Of a stretch of 64,000 nucleotides of DNA, positions 1 through 11,989 are shown one piece after another (the stretch's first letter is position 1; each line of letters starts with the position of its first letter). The translations under genes and the position numbers were made by a program. The stretch covers positions 1-64,000 of the forward strand of contig JAUCBJ010008854.1 of NCBI GenBank assembly GCA_032718475.1. Reading direction: 5' to 3'. The DNA is from Nemertoderma westbladi. Lineage: Eukaryota > Animalia > Xenacoelomorpha. The notes below the pieces were generated by a model, which saw only the letters and a list, made by a program, of their open reading frames with translations, was not told where the DNA came from and made no database searches.

Positions 1-133
1 CTATAAATGAACATGCTGACGTCAGATTTTGGCTGACCCCCTCCCCTCCCCTCATCAGCACGTCATCAGATTTTCCCAACCCCCCCCCCCCCCCCCCCCC
101 CCTAAAGTGCTGACGTCATACTTGGACGGCCCC
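1..133. mobile_element. Right end of a PIF/Harbinger-like MITE (runs off the window start)
   Basis: Ends ...GTGCTGACGTCATACTTGGACGGCCCC followed by TAA. GGGGCCGTCC-type terminus with a TAA flank and internal TGACGTCA repeats. Left end not in the window. Confidence 0.4.
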
Positions 134-481
134 TAAGTGTTGTACAGTAGTACCGCAGTACCGGCATTTGGAATCTCAATTAGGCCTACATGACAAAAAA
201 GTAACGTTTTTTTGTGATTTTTTTGGTGTGATTTGTTGTGATTCTGAAATCAGCATTCAGGGGGTCCCCTGTATTTAACCTGTATTTAACCAGTGCCCGG
301 AAACCAAGTTAAAATACTTAATTAGCGTAGCCGTGGTAGCGTAGGACAGTTAGGGCCTAATGAATTTTGAACAACATCTTTGTTCTGGGTTTTAAGCATA
401 CAGTAGTACCGGTATACTACCAATATTATCTTGCCAGCTTGTTGTTGGCCTAACTGTGAGTGCGACTTACTACAGTACTAC

Positions 482-1424
482 GGTGGCGCGAAATTTGTTC
501 CTATTGATATATTGCGAATTTTGTTCTTATTGCATTTTTGCGAATTTTGTTCCAACGCATAGCGAACTGTTATTTCTCTACTTGCGAACTATGTTCCTAT
601 CGAATTTTTAAGGATAATTATGTTCCAATTATTGGGAACTTTGTTCCTATCATTGCGAACTTTGTTCCTATTATTGCGACTTTATTGTTCCAATCTCTGT
701 AAGTTACTTTCAGATTGTTTATTACTAAGTTATATTTAGTGTATCTTACTTAATGCGTAGTTTACATTTAATCCAACTATGCAATATGCATAGGATGGAA
801 AAATTCGAAATCAAACAATAATTATTTTTTACAGTATCTATATATAATAATAGGCCAGTTTTCGAATAGGACACTTGCCCAATACTTTGAGATTTAGCTT
901 CATTTAATTAAGAACATTAATGGAAAGGAGCAGGTTACAGTGGCGGTGTTTTCTAACCAAAACAATAAACTATAAATTTATTTCACTTGCGCTCAATGTG
1001 CGCTACTATAGCGGGGTGAGAATACTGGCGGTAAGATAATTTCTAAAGTAAAATTAATTTATATTAATGATTCTCCAAATAAGTAAAAGTTTGCTATTCA
1101 ATCTAATACTACCGGTACTGTATTATGTTAAATCGTGGGAAAGTTAATTTCAGAATGCGTGTGGTTTTTCATCTACCCTAAGTCTAGCTACTGCAGTACT
1201 GTAATTGCGAGTGGAACAAAATTCGCTGTCATAGGAACAAAATTCGCAGTCATAACAGAGTTCGCAATAGACTGATAGAATTGCGAGACAGACAGACTAA
1301 TTAAATTTCGTAGGAACAAAATTCGCTCAAATAGGAACAAAATTCGCAAAAATATGAACAAAGTTCGCTGTGAATTGGAACAAAATTCGCATTTTCACAT
1401 TTTAGGAACAAAGTTCGCGCTCTG
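482..1424. mobile_element. Non-autonomous DNA transposon (MITE) with inverted arrays of GCGAATTTTGTTCC subrepeats
   Basis: GCGCGAAATTTGTTCCT (487-503) is nearly the reverse complement of AGGAACAAAGTTCGCGC (1404-1420). Subrepeats lie at 487-690 and, inverted, at 1210-1420. AGTACTAC flanks both sides (474-481, 1425-1432), a possible TSD. Confidence 0.65.
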
Positions 1425-1580
1425 AGTACTACTGTACTTCTGTACTACCCGTCACACGTAGGTTGCTATGCAGTTCAGTTCTGCAGTTAGCAGTTAGGGC
1501 CTATTTATGTACTTCCGGTATTCTAGTACTGTAGTACCGCTGCGGTGCTACTGTCATAAATTAACAAGAACCGCCTACAT

Positions 1581-1985
1581 ATGGGATTGTTTCTTCGTTT
1601 CGGTACTCGAACTCGTTTGAGTTTCCAAAGCAAGCCTGTATTATTATCATGCACAATTCACCCACACAAACGGGTAATTTACCAACCTAAGCCGCCATGC
1701 TGTACAGGTTCTATATGGGCATCTTCATACTATCATTACAATACATCAATTAAGGACGACGACGCCCCAATACAATATTCAAAAACACCAGCAGCAACAT
1801 GGAAAGCAAGTCAAACAGCAGGTTACGGCCTACCGGTACACCGTGGTAGATTTTTTGGACGGATGCTATTTGCGTTTCTTCCTGTGATCTTCATGGTCGC
1901 AATATTTGTTACAATAATACAAACTGAACTCGCAAAAAAGGAAAAATTAGCAAATTTAGAGAACCCCAGTTGTAGTCCGAGGTGA
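1581..1985 (+). CDS. Small single-pass membrane protein, probably UQCC4/CCSMST1 (C16orf91)-like mitochondrial complex III assembly factor
   Basis: 134 aa. Arg/Ser/Leu-rich N-terminus resembles a transit peptide. PIQYSKTPAATWKA followed by one hydrophobic helix (MLFAFLPVIFMVAIFVTII) resembles the CCSMST1 family. Family call is from recall only. Confidence 0.5.
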   Translation: MGLFLRFGTRTRLSFQSKPVLLSCTIHPHKRVIYQPKPPCCTGSIWASSYYHYNTSIKDDDAPIQYSKTPAATWKASQTAGYGLPVHRGRFFGRMLFAFLPVIFMVAIFVTIIQTELAKKEKLANLENPSCSPR

Positions 1986-4027
1986 GGAGGGCCTGTTCCG
2001 GTCCCGGCCTACCCTACATACTGCAGTACTGGCCATACTGTTGTACTGTACTGCTGTATCTTTTTAAATCTAAATATTATACTGTTAAACTTTATAATAC
2101 ATACCGGTATGCCAAAGAGTAGAGAAAATTACCTTTACGACTACATCAGTACATAGTAACCGATGAAGACTGAAAGCACGTTAAGTAAAAAACCGTTCAG
2201 TATAAACTGTAAACGTTAAGTTAGTGAAGAAAGTAAGCAACAAAGTCCCGCCCAGGTCCAGTTGCTTTTTAGTTTTTATATACTTTGTTTCGTGACTCCG
2301 TGCATGCATACTGCATATGTACCATCGGTATGGTTTTTTACTTAACGCGCTTCACTTGATTTACAGTATAAACTACCGGCCTGGTACCGGTAACTTGTAA
2401 CATATTATTTGTACATAAACAAATCACAAATAAGCGGGTGTTAACTGTTAAATAAAATGATTAATCATGTAATTAAATGTAAATCATTAATATTAATTAT
2501 GAATTTAAATTATTACTTTTATGATAGAAATCACCTCGAAAACTTCATATTGCACAATTATTATATTATATTTCGAACTATGATACAAAGATACACCTTC
2601 GTCATTTATAGTCCAGCAGCTGTCCGGTTTTTAGTCCGTTTTTTTAATAAACCTAGGGTGGAGTGGGAGTGAATCTGAATAGTAAATGTTTTATGTGATA
2701 TTAATTAGTAGATAATCTAATTGGAATCGATAATTCGACTGATGCCCACGCCCACCTGGTATTATAATTTTATAATTTTTGCGTAATTGCCATTCAAATA
2801 TCGTATTCAGGAACAATTTAGACATTGCTTCCATACATTTTATCAATAAATAGTAGAAAGATTATACATTATAGAAGTCCTCCGTCCGTGGCCCATGTAG
2901 TCCATTATAGACATTCAATCCACGACACGGAAACTATATCAAGAGCATTAAGTATCTAGGGCATTCATCAACAGTTTTTTGTCGAGTGCATTGCTTGGCA
3001 ATTGATCTGACACTCGTGATCGACTCTGTAAGCATGTGGTCTCGGATTAGGTTTCCGGTAAAGTAATTTAACCCTTTATAGGAGGGGGGGGGGGGGTGGG
3101 GGGGGGGGGGGGGGGGGGGGGTGGTGGTGGAGGGGATCCTTATATTTTTTTACTATAAAAAATGAATATATTTTTTCTGCTTATTCTCCTATATAAGATA
3201 CTTTATGAATTCTGCGCACGGTAGACCTCTAGACAGCGCAGTGACGGCCACCGCCTTCCTAACCAACAAATAGTAACTTCGTTCGCTACAGTCCAAGAAA
3301 GAAAAAGGAGATAAAAGCATGTTTTTTAAATAATATTTTCCATGGTGCATAGCTCACGACTTATTTACAGAGTGTAGCTGATTTATAATGTTACTGTAAT
3401 GTTCGGGAACGCACTGCTCTGGATGCGTTCCACATCTACTGGTATTGGTTACTTTTGACTTTGGGGAATTCCTAATGACGCCTTGCCAACTGCAGATAGG
3501 GGCTGTACGCAATAATTCATCCCTCTCCAGGGGAAATTCGACGCAAATAACAGCTGATTACTCTCAAGAATAAAACTGTTACCTGTTCTATTGTTCTTAG
3601 TTTATTGTTTTGGTTAAAATAACGTGCTCCTTGTAACCTGCTCCTTTCCCTAAATGGAGAATATTAATTCGCCAAGGCCGGTTTTGCGTCCAGTCCCCCC
3701 CCCCCGCCCCCCCCCCCTCCTGTCTCGCCAACTGAGCTGGATCAGTCGGATTATTGATATTACGTACCAAAGCACCTAAAAGGGTCATACAAGATCCAAC
3801 GAATACGGAATATCTGCAGGACTATACTAGTAAGCAGCAAACCAGTAACTTAATAATTGTTTACTAATTAGTGAAAATACTTTATTAATGTTTATTGTCA
3901 ATTATATTTCACGAAATTCATGATTAACAATATACACAATAAAAGTAAAAAACATTTATGCAAATCTAATCAAATTTAGTTAGTTTATTATTATTTGCCA
4001 AACAAAAAGCAACTAATTATTGGCGGG

Positions 4028-5182
4028 ATGGCCGGCCCGCTATCCCGTGGTGTATTCCGCCAGTCGGCGACGGTAATACTCGTGCGGAAATCCAAACAAC
4101 TCAGTCGGCAGAGTGGCCTTGCCGAGGTACTGCTAATCCAACGCAGTCGAAAGCTCAAAACCTTCGGTAACGATTACGTTTTCCCCGGAGGAAATCTTGA
4201 CGCAGCTGACTGCGATAGCAACTCGTGGAACTCGGTGTTCGAGTTCGACAACCCGTCCTCCTATTCTTCTCTCATCAAGGTATTCAACCCAACCCGACAC
4301 AGACCAAGAGTACTCCTTAACAACCAATCCGATGCCATCCCCGCCGACATTACCTTTAGGATATGCGCACTGAGAGAATTGTTCGAAGAGACGGGTTTAC
4401 TCCTCGCTATCCCTAAAGGAAACCTCCGTAACTCCGTAGCCAACCATCCGATCGGAAACTCGGCTGTTTCGCCCCGGATACCCTCCGCCGAACTCTGCCG
4501 TTGGCGTCGCCAAGTAACGAATGACCCAGCCGGTTTCCCAGCACTCTTTATCAACTACAATCTACTTCCAGATATTCATTCTCTTTACGAATGGACCAAC
4601 TTAGTTACTCCGAAAGCAGCCCCCGTAGCGAAGTTGCGTCGCTACGACACCATGGTATACATCGTATTTATGGACGAGCACTGTGACGTCACTCCCTCGT
4701 TAGACCCACAGGAATCAGTCAACTTACAATGGTTGACCCCGGAGAAAACTGTAGAGGAATGGGTTAATGGTATGCCAGTCGCAGTGCCGACGATGTACGA
4801 GTTGTTAAAACTCACAAATATTCCCGAATTTGACAAAGTTCGAACTTACGCCGTGGCTCGCTCCCGTTTAGGCTGCGAGCGTTGGTGTCCGATTATAATC
4901 AGCCGCCCGGTCTGGCCCCAGAGCGTGAAGATTTTCAACGGGGACGAGTTATACCCTTCCGATGGGTCTGACGTCATTGATGATGATGCTATCGCCATGG
5001 CAACATGGGAACAGGGTACTGTAACCAACCGTGTGTTGGATGTTCAGTTCCTACCACCCACACGTAACCGCGTTTTACTATGTAATTACAATCCGCGTTT
5101 CGGGTATTTAAAACCCAATCAGGAGATAGCATATAAATATCAGCGACTTTTAGAGGATTCTATTCCAAATAGTAAAATATAA
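4028..5182 (+). CDS. NUDT19: Nudix hydrolase 19-like acyl-CoA diphosphatase, intronless, ~384 aa
   Basis: SATVILV...LLIQRS...YVFPGG..DAAD, split Nudix box FRICALRELFEETGLLL, WTNLVTP...RRYDT, and C-terminal SKI (PTS1-like). First ATG is at 4028; the duplicate begins at the equivalent ATG. Confidence 0.9.
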   Translation: MAGPLSRGVFRQSATVILVRKSKQLSRQSGLAEVLLIQRSRKLKTFGNDYVFPGGNLDAADCDSNSWNSVFEFDNPSSYSSLIKVFNPTRHRPRVLLNNQSDAIPADITFRICALRELFEETGLLLAIPKGNLRNSVANHPIGNSAVSPRIPSAELCRWRRQVTNDPAGFPALFINYNLLPDIHSLYEWTNLVTPKAAPVAKLRRYDTMVYIVFMDEHCDVTPSLDPQESVNLQWLTPEKTVEEWVNGMPVAVPTMYELLKLTNIPEFDKVRTYAVARSRLGCERWCPIIISRPVWPQSVKIFNGDELYPSDGSDVIDDDAIAMATWEQGTVTNRVLDVQFLPPTRNRVLLCNYNPRFGYLKPNQEIAYKYQRLLEDSIPNSKI

Positions 5183-6103
5183 TTTATTAAATTAAATGTG
5201 TATCTTATAAAATCCATAATTTCTAATCAATAATAATAAATAATACTGTAGCAGTACCTCTTCATGTTAGAAAGAACTTATGGTGTGTTTAACTTAGGAT
5301 GGGAGGAAGTACCATGTTTAATTTAGGGTGAGAGTTACTGCTGCTGGTAGAAGTCAGGTGGACCCATATACTCGGCTGCAGGGTTACATGTCCTGACCAG
5401 GAAGATGGTAATCCACCAATGGCTGATCAGGGATAGAGTGCTCTTATCGCCAAGTATGTACTCCACTGCGACCTGCACCTGGCAGCAGGGGAGCAGGACA
5501 TGGCCCAGCAGATGAGCTGCATAGCCAATGGGTGGACATGTCCTACAGAGTAGGTATGGTGATGGGCCCCAAACCTGACTCAACTGCGACATCGTCCCTG
5601 TGGAATGGCAAACCAGGATGAGGTGTTTGCCCCGAGAGCTGAATCGGCAAAAAAGCGCCGCAACCCCTACTATGGATTACATTAGTAATGCGAAGGTCCG
5701 GCCAGTGGAATTACCGGTCAGTTAATACCCTAACACTGAGTCCCCAATGCGACAATGGGAGCATACTGTCCCAGACAGACCATATTCTGTTTCGTAGACT
5801 TAGTCTCCGCGCTAGCAGAACAACGAAATCTACCTTGCCGCGGCATGACTGGTCCTCTCTGTTGCAACAGCCAAGTGTGCGATCCAACACTGTGCGACAC
5901 AACAGCTTAGCAATAGGTACAGTATGCGGTTGTCACGATTTAGTGCCGTCGGTAATCCCGGGTTACAGTAGTCAGGAGTTACAAAGTAAATTAATGTTTT
6001 GTTCGACCGTTAGGCCAGGGATTACCATCAAATATGTCGACTTATTTCCAGTGCGGTTCCCCCAGAACTACTAGGATCGGCATGCTGCATTGCAGCTGTA
6101 TTT

Positions 6104-6320
6104 TTAAGAATGCTGTGCCGGCTTGTCGACAAAATTGCGCCGCCACAACTCCCTATCACCCATGACATTTGCTAGATCATCCACATCTTCAAGGCCAGTG
6201 TCCTTTAAGATGCGTCTCAAGAAAGTCATGGGCTGTCCACCATGCTTATTCACTCCATGAGGTCGCCAAACCACAAGATTATGCACTGGCTGGTCCTCAC
6301 GGCGAAAGCAGCCTGAAGTA
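6104..6320 (-). mobile_element. 3' fragment of RTE-type LINE
   Basis: CFRREDQPVHNLVVWRPHG..KHGGQPMTFLRRILKDTG...MGDRELWR, the same C-terminus as the copies at 28.7 kb and 57.4 kb. Confidence 0.8.
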
Positions 6321-8313
6321 TGGCCCCCAGAACATATTTAGCCACCATTAAAGGATGCAAGGCAGAGATCCGCCCTTGCTAGTCCCTTTAAAGCATTCGT
6401 GCCGAAACGAATACATCCCTCCTGGCCTGTTGCCGTTATTCCCGTCACCAAGGGGGAAAACGCCGATGCTGGAGGCGGAATTTTCAGACCACTTTATTCC
6501 GGTGAGTCACCGGTTATTGGGAGTGGAGAAGGATGTTATCTGAGATGCAGAATTGCGGTTAGAGAAAAGTTTCATTGGTTGGATATAATCTTTAATGTAA
6601 CTTGAACTCTGATTGAGAATAATTTGGGCTTCCCCACACCAATATACCAAATATTCACAATAATACACAATATGAAATTCCTACAGTAAATTATTTAATT
6701 ACCCACTGTTCGCTTAACTTTCAGATTTTGACCTAACTAATGTTCCCCATTTTCCCTCGGTCCTAGTCCCGGAACCATAGTGTCAGCGTCGGTCGATCCT
6801 TTGCTTGTCCGTCCCACCCTTCCCGAACCCTGACGGGATGGATCGGTCATCAGGAAAGCGGTACGGCTTAGCTAGGGGTCTGTCGGTTCATCGCAGGGTC
6901 CCAACCACCTAAGCTTCCCGGTTGCAAATCCCTAGCGCATCGAGCAACACCCAAGTCCTTTTCAGGCTCAGTCGCCACTGATGGCCAGGGACCGCTAAGG
7001 GCAGTCCTTGTCCCCAGACCTAGCGGGTTACCAACTACCGAAGTAGAAGGAGGTTGTCTAGGCCTCCAGTAACTATCTGGAAACCCTGACAATAATCGAG
7101 AGTATTGTTTGATTTTACCCCCCATCCATGGCCCTTAAATATCTGAGATGGTTCCCGCGCCCCGTAAGTCCGCCCAAGTTTCGCCTGTAAATCGCCCCCC
7201 GTCTATTGAATGTGCCCAAATTTTGTGTTCCCGCACCCACCGCTGATATTGGCACATTCATAAAATATAAATCCAAAAAATATGTAACTCGCGTTATGAT
7301 AAATTGAAATACCGCGAACATGGCCCACATGTGGGGGTGTAGCCACGTTTTATGGAGTGGTGAGAATTCAAGGCAACTGATTTAAGCCACCGCGCCAACG
7401 TGTGAGTTACTTTCCCAATGTATTTGTATTCCTAATCCGTAGCCAATTTTCTAGCCGTTGCCGGAATTTTCTTGGGTGGATGGATGCATTTGGTTGAAAT
7501 AGTGTAGTTCGGTGTAGGTGTGTATGTATTCTTCTTCCAAGGGCCTTTCTGTGCCAGAAAATGAGATAATTCATAATCCTTTGTATCGTTTATTTGCTAC
7601 AGTAATTGTATTTGGCAAAGAAAACAAATACACTATTAATGTTCGGATTCAGTTTACTTCACTGCCGCGCCGGATGTACGATAGCTCTTTGATCTTGACC
7701 TAAAGTGTGTTTACGTTATAGAATTATATTCGTTTTAGAATTAAGGCTAGTTATTGGAAATAGTTTGGTTGAAGGTGTCGTTAATTAATACATTCATTCC
7801 ATTTTGGGAAGTAGTTTTATTTCTTATATTATTTAGACAAAACGAGGAATAATTTAAGATACCCAGATATCGATGAATGAATTTTTAAAAACTGATTTCA
7901 CCCTATCGTACCGGAATTTTTACCTTGGAAACGCTAATAATGTTCTGGAATACATGCCTAGGACGCTAGGGGCATTGAAATTGATATTGGTTACCGATTC
8001 AGGGTCAGATAATTTAAAAAGTTCATGTTTTTCCCAATGTTTTGTACATAATACATAATGTTTAACTATAGTAAACACACAGTTAAACACAGTCCTTTAA
8101 TAGAAAACAAAAATAATGTTACAACATAAAATTTATTAAACTGTAGTATTTACAATTGATTCCCAGATAGGGGAGGGGGGGGGGGGGGGTACTTTCGACG
8201 CAAACAAAATTAATCACTCTCACAAGGGTGAAATCGACGCAAATAACAGCTGATTACTCTAAAAAATACAAATAAATGAATTGGTGTTGAGCTGTTAATG
8301 CAACTGTAATTAA

Positions 8314-8626
8314 AGATGTAATATTATGGTTTTGTTCAGAAATGGAAAAAATGAGAAAGCGCGTCACCGGGGGTTGAACCAGCGCTATACGTAACTGTAA
8401 GATGACAGTCTAACAGTTTGTACACAGTTAGAGATAGGATAATGCAACTTATGACTGCAGAAGTGGATTTGGCGGGACTGTGAGTGTCAGGGGCTAGTGG
8501 CTGAGCTGGTTAGCGCTACTGATGAGGCCTGTTAAGGCCGAAACGTACGTATAGCGCTGGTTCAACCCCCGGTGACGCGCTTTCTCATTTTTTTCAATTT
8601 CTGAACAAAACCATAATATTACATCT
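8314..8626. repeat. ~80-bp inverted repeat overlapping the hammerhead (Penelope-like terminal repeat remnant)
   Basis: 8314-8393 is the near-perfect reverse complement of 8546-8626. The inverted copy stops inside the ribozyme stem III palindrome. Confidence 0.8.
8502..8565 (+). ncRNA. Minimal type I hammerhead ribozyme
   Basis: Stem I AGCGCTA (8512-8518)/TAGCGCT (8552-8558); core CTGATGA (8519-8525); stem II GGCCT-GTTA-AGGCC; GAAA (8540-8543); short palindromic stem III ACGTACGT; cleavage triplet GUA (8549-8551). Confidence 0.85.
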
Positions 8627-9426
8627 AAAAAATACAACTGTAACCTGTTAGATTGATTCAAGTTTATTGTTTTGTTTTTGTTAGTATAACGTAGTACTGT
8701 AACCTGTTCCTTTCCCTTAATTGGTAATTTAACCTTGAGGTGGGATATCAATTCACCGAGATGGGATTTGCGTTAAGTTTTTCCCCCTGTCTCTTGCTTC
8801 CATAGTTATAAATATTCTAATTATTGTACTTTTCAACTCATGATGCTTCCTTACTCAATTTTAAATACGAATGTTCTGGAATATTTATGACGTAAGTGAG
8901 AGTTGCTTAACTATAAACCAATATTGGATATTGAGTTCCGTTTTGGAGTACGCCTTGCAGACACTAAAGTTGCAAAACACTTTTTGAGTTTTTTGCATGG
9001 ATATTGCTCAAATTACGGTCAACACATGTAATAATATTTTGTTTCGTGGGAAACAGAGTGGAATGGTTTACCGTGGATGACCACCAATGGTGGTAAACAG
9101 GCATTCCTTTGCTCAATGAGCCTAAAAGATTCTCCCATTCGTAATCAAATTTTTGAAATTCCACCAAAATTATTTTCACATTTTCTTATTATTTTACTAT
9201 TTGTCGCCGGGAAAAAAGTAAACTAAATGCAATCTAATGGGTGACGTTTCTTTCCCTAGTGAACAAATTTCTCATTTTCTTCACGATTTCGCGGTATATT
9301 CTAGCGAAAATGTAATAATTTAGAAAAAATATATTTATTGTTTATTTTTTTATTCATTGCCAAAAATTTCAATTCACGAAATTCATGATTTACAAAAACT
9401 ACCCATTAAGGTAATGTTTATTAGTT

Positions 9427-10530
9427 ATGGCCGACCCGCTATCCCATGGTGTATTCCGCCAGTCGGCGACGGTAATACTCGTGCGGAAATCCAAACAACT
9501 CAGTCGGCAGAGTGGCCTTGCTGAGGTACTGCTAATCCAACGCAGTCGAAAGCTCAAAACGTACGGTAACGATTACGTTTTCCCCGGCGGAAATCTCGAC
9601 GCAGCTGACTGCGATAGCAACTCGTGGAACTCGGTGTTCGAGTTCGACAACCCGTCTTCCTATTCTTCTCTCATCGAGGTATTCAACCCAACCCGCACAG
9701 ACCAAGAGTACTCCTTAACAACCAATCCGATGCCATCCCCGCCGACATTAACTTTAGGATATGCGCACTGAGAGAATTGTTCGAAGAGACGGGTTTACTC
9801 CTCGCTATCCCTAAAGGAAACCTCCGTAACTCCGTAGCCAACCATCCGAACGGAAACTCGGCTGTTTCGCCCCGGATACCCCCCGCCGAACTCTGCCGTT
9901 GGCGTCGCCAAGTAACGAATGACCCAGCCGGTTTCCCAGCACTCTTTATCAACTACAATCTACTTCCAGATATTCATTCCCTTTACGAATGGACCAACTT
10001 AGTTACTCCGAAAGCAGCCCCCGTAGCGAAGTTGCGTCGCTACGACACCATGGTATACATCGTATTTATGGACGAGCACTGTGACGTCATTCCCTCGTTA
10101 TACCCACATGAATCAGTCAACTTACAATGGTTGACCCCGGAGAAAACAGTGGAGGAATTTATTAATGGTATGCCAGTTGTTAAAACTCACAAATATTCCC
10201 GAATTTCACAAAGTTCGAACTTACGCCGTGGCTCGCTCCCGTTTAGGCTGCGAGCGTTGGTGTCCGATTATAATCAGCCGCCCGGACTGGCCCCAGAGCG
10301 TGATGATTTTCAATGGGGACGAGTTATACCCTTCCGATGGGTCTGGCGTCATTGATGATGCCTTCATCGCCACGGCAACATGGGAGCAGGGTACTGCAAC
10401 CAACCGTATGTTGGATGTTCAGTTCCGACCACCCACACGTAATCGCGTTTTACTATGTAATTACAATCCATGTTTCGGGTATTTAAAACCCAATTTCCGT
10501 CTTCTAAAATTCATCATTTCTAATTTATAA
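9427..10530 (+). pseudogene. NUDT19: Frameshifted duplicate of the NUDT19-like gene
   Basis: Highly similar to 4028-5182 but split over three ORFs by a 1-bp deletion near 9696 and a 23-bp deletion near 10178. It diverges after LKPN and loses the SKI terminus. Confidence 0.85.
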
Positions 10531-10694
10531 TAATCTCAAATAAAATGTACACTGAACTGTCACACATTAATATTGCTGCCGCGGTGTATCTCCGTAATTA
10601 GAAGTTGTACGTTATCTTTAATTAAATTTATCAAAAATTACCCAATATATAAAGGTAAACTCATATAAAAAAAATTATACAATTCCGCTACAAG

Positions 10695-11740
10695 GGGAAT
10701 TCGCCCGGGGGAATCCTTCACCCGGGGGAATCCTTCGCCCGGGGGAATCCTTCGCCCGGGGGAATCCTTCGCCCGGGGGAATCCTTCGCCTGGGGGAATC
10801 CTTCGCCCGGGGGAATCCTTCGCCCAGGGGAATCCTGCGCCCGGGGGAATCCTTCGCCCGGGGGAATCCTTCACCCGGGGGAATCCTTCGCCCGGGGGAA
10901 TCCTTCGCCCGGGGGAATCCTTCGCCAGGGGGAATCCTTCGCCCGGGGGAATCCTTCGCCCGGGGGAATCCTTCGCCCGGGGGAATCCTTCGCCCGGGGG
11001 AATCCTTCGCCCGGGGGAATCCTTCGCCCGGGGGAATCCTTCGCCCGGAGGAATCCTTCGCCTGGGGGAATCCTTCGCCCGGGGGAATCCTTCGCCCGGG
11101 TGAATCCTTCGCCCGGAGGAATCCTTCGCCCGGAGGAATCCTTCGCCCGGAGGAATCCTTCGCCCGGAGGAATCCTTCGCCCGGAGGAATCCTTCGCCCG
11201 GAGGAATCCTTTGCCCGGGGGAATCCTTCGCCCGGGGGAATCCTGCACCCGGGGGAATCCTTCGCCCAGGGGAATCCTTCGCCCGGGGGAATCCTTCGCC
11301 TGGGGGAATCCTTCGCCCAGGGGAATCCTTCGCCCAGGGAATCCTTCGCCCGGGGGAATCCTTCGCCCAGGGGAATCCTTCGCCCGGGGGAATCCTTCGC
11401 CCAGAGGAATCCTTCGCCCGGGGGAATCCTTCGCCCGGGGGAATCCTTCGCCCGGGGGAATCCTTCGCCCGGGGGAATCCTTCGCCCGGGGGAATCCTTC
11501 GCCCGGGGGAATCCTTCGCCCGGGGGAATCCTTCGCCCGGGGGAATCCTTCGCTCGGGGAATCCTTCGCCCGGGTGAATCCTTCGCCCAGAGGAATCCTT
11601 CGCCCGGGGGAATCCTTCGCCCGGAGGAATCCTTCGCCCGGGGGAATCCTTCGCCCAGGGAATCCTTCGCCCAGGGAATCCTTCGCCCAGGGAATCCTTC
11701 GCCCGCAAGGCAATCTTCGCCCGCGAGCATCCTTCGCCCA
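10695..11740. repeat. 17-bp minisatellite GGGGGAATCCTTCGCCC, ~60 copies, probably the expanded subterminal repeat of a MITE extending to ~11990
   Basis: Direct reading of the array; the 17-aa periodicity of the ORFs equals 3 units. Degenerate inverted GGGCGAAG units lie at 11882-11985. Confidence 0.95.
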
Positions 11741-11989
11741 ATAAAATTTGTGTTAGTGACCATTTTAGTAACATAGGCGGCTTTTTTTAAACCAAAACAA
11801 TAAACGATGGTGTTACTAATTGAGGGAAAGGAGCAGGTCACAGAGACGGTTTTTTTCTAACCAAAACAATAATTGTTTATTGGGCGAAGGTTGCTCGTGG
11901 GTGAAGGTTTCCGCCGGGCGATAGTTGCTCATTTTGAGGGCGAAGATTGGACGCGGGCGAAGCTTTCTCGTGGGCGAAGTTTGCTGCGT

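Noticed and set aside
3082-3135. Long poly-G tract (similar tracts near 80, 8170, 37745, 55675)
   Set aside because: Recurrent low-complexity tracts associated with repeats; lengths are unreliable and there is no specific signal.
5330-5700. GC-richer block resembling a LINE 5' UTR, possible HDV-like ribozyme
   Set aside because: I could not build the nested double pseudoknot by eye and there is no adjoining ORF.
6780-7125. Minus-strand CTGATGA followed by a stem, a possible second hammerhead
   Set aside because: No GAAA core or NUH site after the stem; probably a retroelement UTR fragment.
10638-11841. Long ORFs of 214-388 aa (RAKDSPGRRIPPGEGFP repeats)
   Set aside because: Translation of a stop-free 17-bp minisatellite, open in several frames on both strands.
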